From contig OX597830.1 in the NCBI GenBank assembly GCA_951406725.2, positions 58,838,001 through 58,902,000 of the forward strand: a stretch of 64,000 nucleotides of DNA, in the 5' to 3' direction. Made by a program: the position numbers and the translations under genes. Shown piece after piece: positions 62,449 to 64,000 of this stretch (within the stretch, counting starts at the first letter, position 1; every line of letters starts with the position of its first letter). This DNA is from Octopus vulgaris (lineage: Eukaryota). The notes under the pieces were generated by a model. The model searched no databases. It saw only the letters and a list, made by a program, of their open reading frames with translations, and was not told the DNA's origin.

Positions 62449-63030
62449 CTTTTCTACTCTAGGCACAAGGCCTAAAATTTTGGAAGATGGGGACAGTCGA
62501 TTAGATCGACCTCAGTACGCAACTGGTGCTTAATTTATCGACCCCGAAAGGATGAAAGACTAAGTCGATCTCGGCGGAATTTGAACTCAGAATATAAAGA
62601 CAGACGAAATACCGATTTCTTTACTACCCACAAGGAGCTACATACAGAGGGGACAAACAAGGACAGACACACGGATTAAGTTGATTACATCGACCCCAGT
62701 GCGTAACTGGTCCTTTTTTTAATCGACCCCGAAAGGATGAAAGGCAAAGTCGACATCATCGGAATTTGAACTCAGAACGTAGCGGCAGACGAAATACTTA
62801 TTTCTTTACTATCCACAAGGGTCTAAACACAGAGAGGACAAACAAGGACAGACAAACGGGTTAAGTCGATTATATCGACACTAGTGCGCAACTAGTACTT
62901 AATTTATTGACCCCGAAAGGATGAAAGGCAAAGTCGACCTCGGCGGGATTTGGACTCAGAACGTAACGGCAGACGAAATACGGCTACGCACTTCGCCCGA
63001 CGTGCTAACGTTACTGCCAACTCGCCGCCT
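62449..63030 (-). mobile_element. SINE S1 with about three body units
   Basis: TSD GAACAAAAATAAT at 62436-62448 and 63034-63046. Confidence 0.9.
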
Positions 63031-63539
63031 TTCGAACAAAAATAATGCATGAGCTTAATTTAAAGAAATCATCATGTATTGCATGTTTTCGTAATACCAG
63101 ATAAACCTAAGTACAAAAGATAATAAGCTAGTAGCAAATTGTGACTGCGTCATTTGGTGAAATATTTGATAAAATATATTAGTTATAATCACACTATGTA
63201 AATGTATTTAATAGGCGGGCATAGTAGATTAGATAGTAACATTTCAGCGCGTTGAGTAAACGATTTGGTTAATGCAGTTACCTAGAAGTTCTGAGTTCAA
63301 TCTGAAGCAAGGCACTAAAAAAATTCAACTGATGCCAATAACACAGCAACTTAATTCAATAGAAATGCAGCACAAGATATCTGAAGAAGGCTTGGAGTGC
63401 TTCAACAAGTGCAACGTAGTGAAACCATCAATCAAGTTGAGGTCGCCAGTCCGACTAAAGTCGTTTCTCTAGTTCAGTCGTCTTTTGTGTTTTTAAGCAA
63501 AGAAGGAAACAACTGCCGAAAGAGAGAGAGAGCAACTCT

Positions 63540-63741
63540 ACAACATTTGATTCCACTGGGAATTTAGTGGGAATTGTGGTCATGAAAGATGAAAGACGAG
63601 ATATAAGACCAATTAAGCACCTGCTGAGATGGTTTGAAAGTCTGGTTTGGTAACTTACAGTTCAAAAGTAGCATGGAGCTTCCGCAGAAAGCTACGTTGC
63701 TTGGAACAGCAAGTATTGTAAGGAAAGTCTTTGAGACCTGA
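63540..63741 (+). mobile_element. Decayed R4-clade 3' end
   Basis: SMELPQKATLLGTASIVRKVFET*. Confidence 0.55.
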
Positions 63742-64000
63742 AGCTCAATGAGAAATTATTCCGGTCTTTCACACAGAATAATGAAAATGAACAATCTGGT
63801 GTGTAATTATAGGGGAGGCAGGCAGTCAGTAAAATCCATATAAGTTCTACTACTGGCGTTTACTTCCCTAGTTGAGAGTGGATAATGCAAAACTAAGAAA
63901 ATGCGAGCCATTGAAAGATTGGGAAAACTTCCAGCTAATAATTCAACTTGATCAATAGAGGAGCCTAGACTTTCAAGAATCTTCAGGCTGTCTCAAAATT

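Overview
AT-rich, microsatellite-dense eukaryotic genomic DNA with no intact host protein-coding gene. The SINE families and microsatellite load suggest an octopus or other cephalopod, but this is inference from recall and was not searched. Most of the window is mobile DNA: three decayed mariners, CR1-, RTE- and Tx1-like LINE fragments, Penelope-like elements (PLEs), Chapaev-3-like remnants, MITEs, several tRNA-derived SINE families, and stacks of R4/Dong-clade retrotransposons inserted in (AAT)n tracts. The strongest unexplained signal is a set of short non-coding foldback elements carrying minimal type-I hammerhead ribozyme (HHR) motifs, four of them bounded by 11-14 bp target-site duplications (TSDs). 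One family joins a tRNA-like Pol III head, an (AAT)n spacer and a PLE-type hammerhead tail. It is a candidate Penelope-mobilised, ribozyme-bearing SINE or retrozyme-like element. All calls come from reading the sequence by eye, and coordinates of decayed elements are approximate.
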